Positions 63,783 through 64,000 of a DNA stretch of 64,000 nt are shown piece after piece. The notes under the pieces are model-generated. The model saw nothing but the letters and a program-made list of their open reading frames with translations. It had not been told where the DNA came from and searched no databases. The stretch covers positions 64,001 to 128,000 of the forward strand of contig JAHQWJ010000080.1 in the NCBI GenBank assembly GCA_029856125.1. Reading direction: 5' to 3'. Position numbers and translations under genes: made by a program. Every line of letters begins with the position of its first letter. Within the stretch, counting starts at the first letter, position 1. This DNA is from Promethearchaeia archaeon. Lineage in GTDB: Archaea > Asgardarchaeota > Lokiarchaeia > Sigyniarchaeales > SOKP01.

Positions 63783-64000
63783 ACTGGTGTTTTTTATAAG
63801 AGCACTCCAAGATAGTGTTTTTATAAAAGTATCATATATTTTCTTTTCTTTTTCCTTTAAAATTAATTGTTTCTTGATTGTTTATTGTTAGAGTAAATGT
63901 TTTGATTTCAGGTTTATATGTGTTAAATATTTCATATACTTCCTTTTCTTTTTCGCTTTTGCAAAAAGCATACACTGAACGCCCTAATTGATTCATGCTT

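Larger units (their letters stand above)
62839..63860 (+). repeat. Diverged tandem duplication (~735-bp period) of the micro-ORF transcription unit
   Basis: GGTTACAAA, AGTTTAAATAAACT, ACTTCTAAG.ATAGGTTAAAAACATTTAAATTTATATATAAGGTG recur upstream of 63018 and 63753. Confidence 0.8.

Noticed and set aside
62839-64000. CRISPR-like array
   Set aside because: Repeats are hundreds of bp apart, irregular and codon-structured; no cas genes.

Overview
AT-rich archaeal chromosomal window, most likely from a Lokiarchaeia (Asgard) genome. This rests on an archaeal 16S rRNA, class I LysRS, TFB, Cdc6, thermosome, many roadblock/MglA/Rab-like proteins and a Loki-CTERM-type surface protein. Most of the window is housekeeping: tRNA modification (trm5, tgtA), ABCE1, rpl3/4/23, rps17e, RPA, YchF, Tsr3, mfnB and proC, plus dispersed type IV/Tad pilus genes. 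The best candidate for an undescribed system is a family of four unannotated 9-10 aa micro-ORFs (MPGHPGAVP, MPGQAGGIP x2, MPGESDSIPK). Each has an SD-like site, a 3' hairpin and a T-tract, and they lie directly downstream of both paralogous DUF885-like HExxPGHH metallopeptidase genes at the two ends of the window. Other notable features: a tRNA-Leu(TAG)-anchored tandem cassette array with no integrase in view; an aIF1/SUI1 gene with no canonical start codon; a candidate oriC (inverted ORB pair) 15 kb from cdc6; four tRNAs with non-canonical BHB introns; a 16S-tRNA-Ala unit with no 23S; and a roadblock/DENN-like/GTPase operon. All calls come from manual motif reading; no database searches were run.
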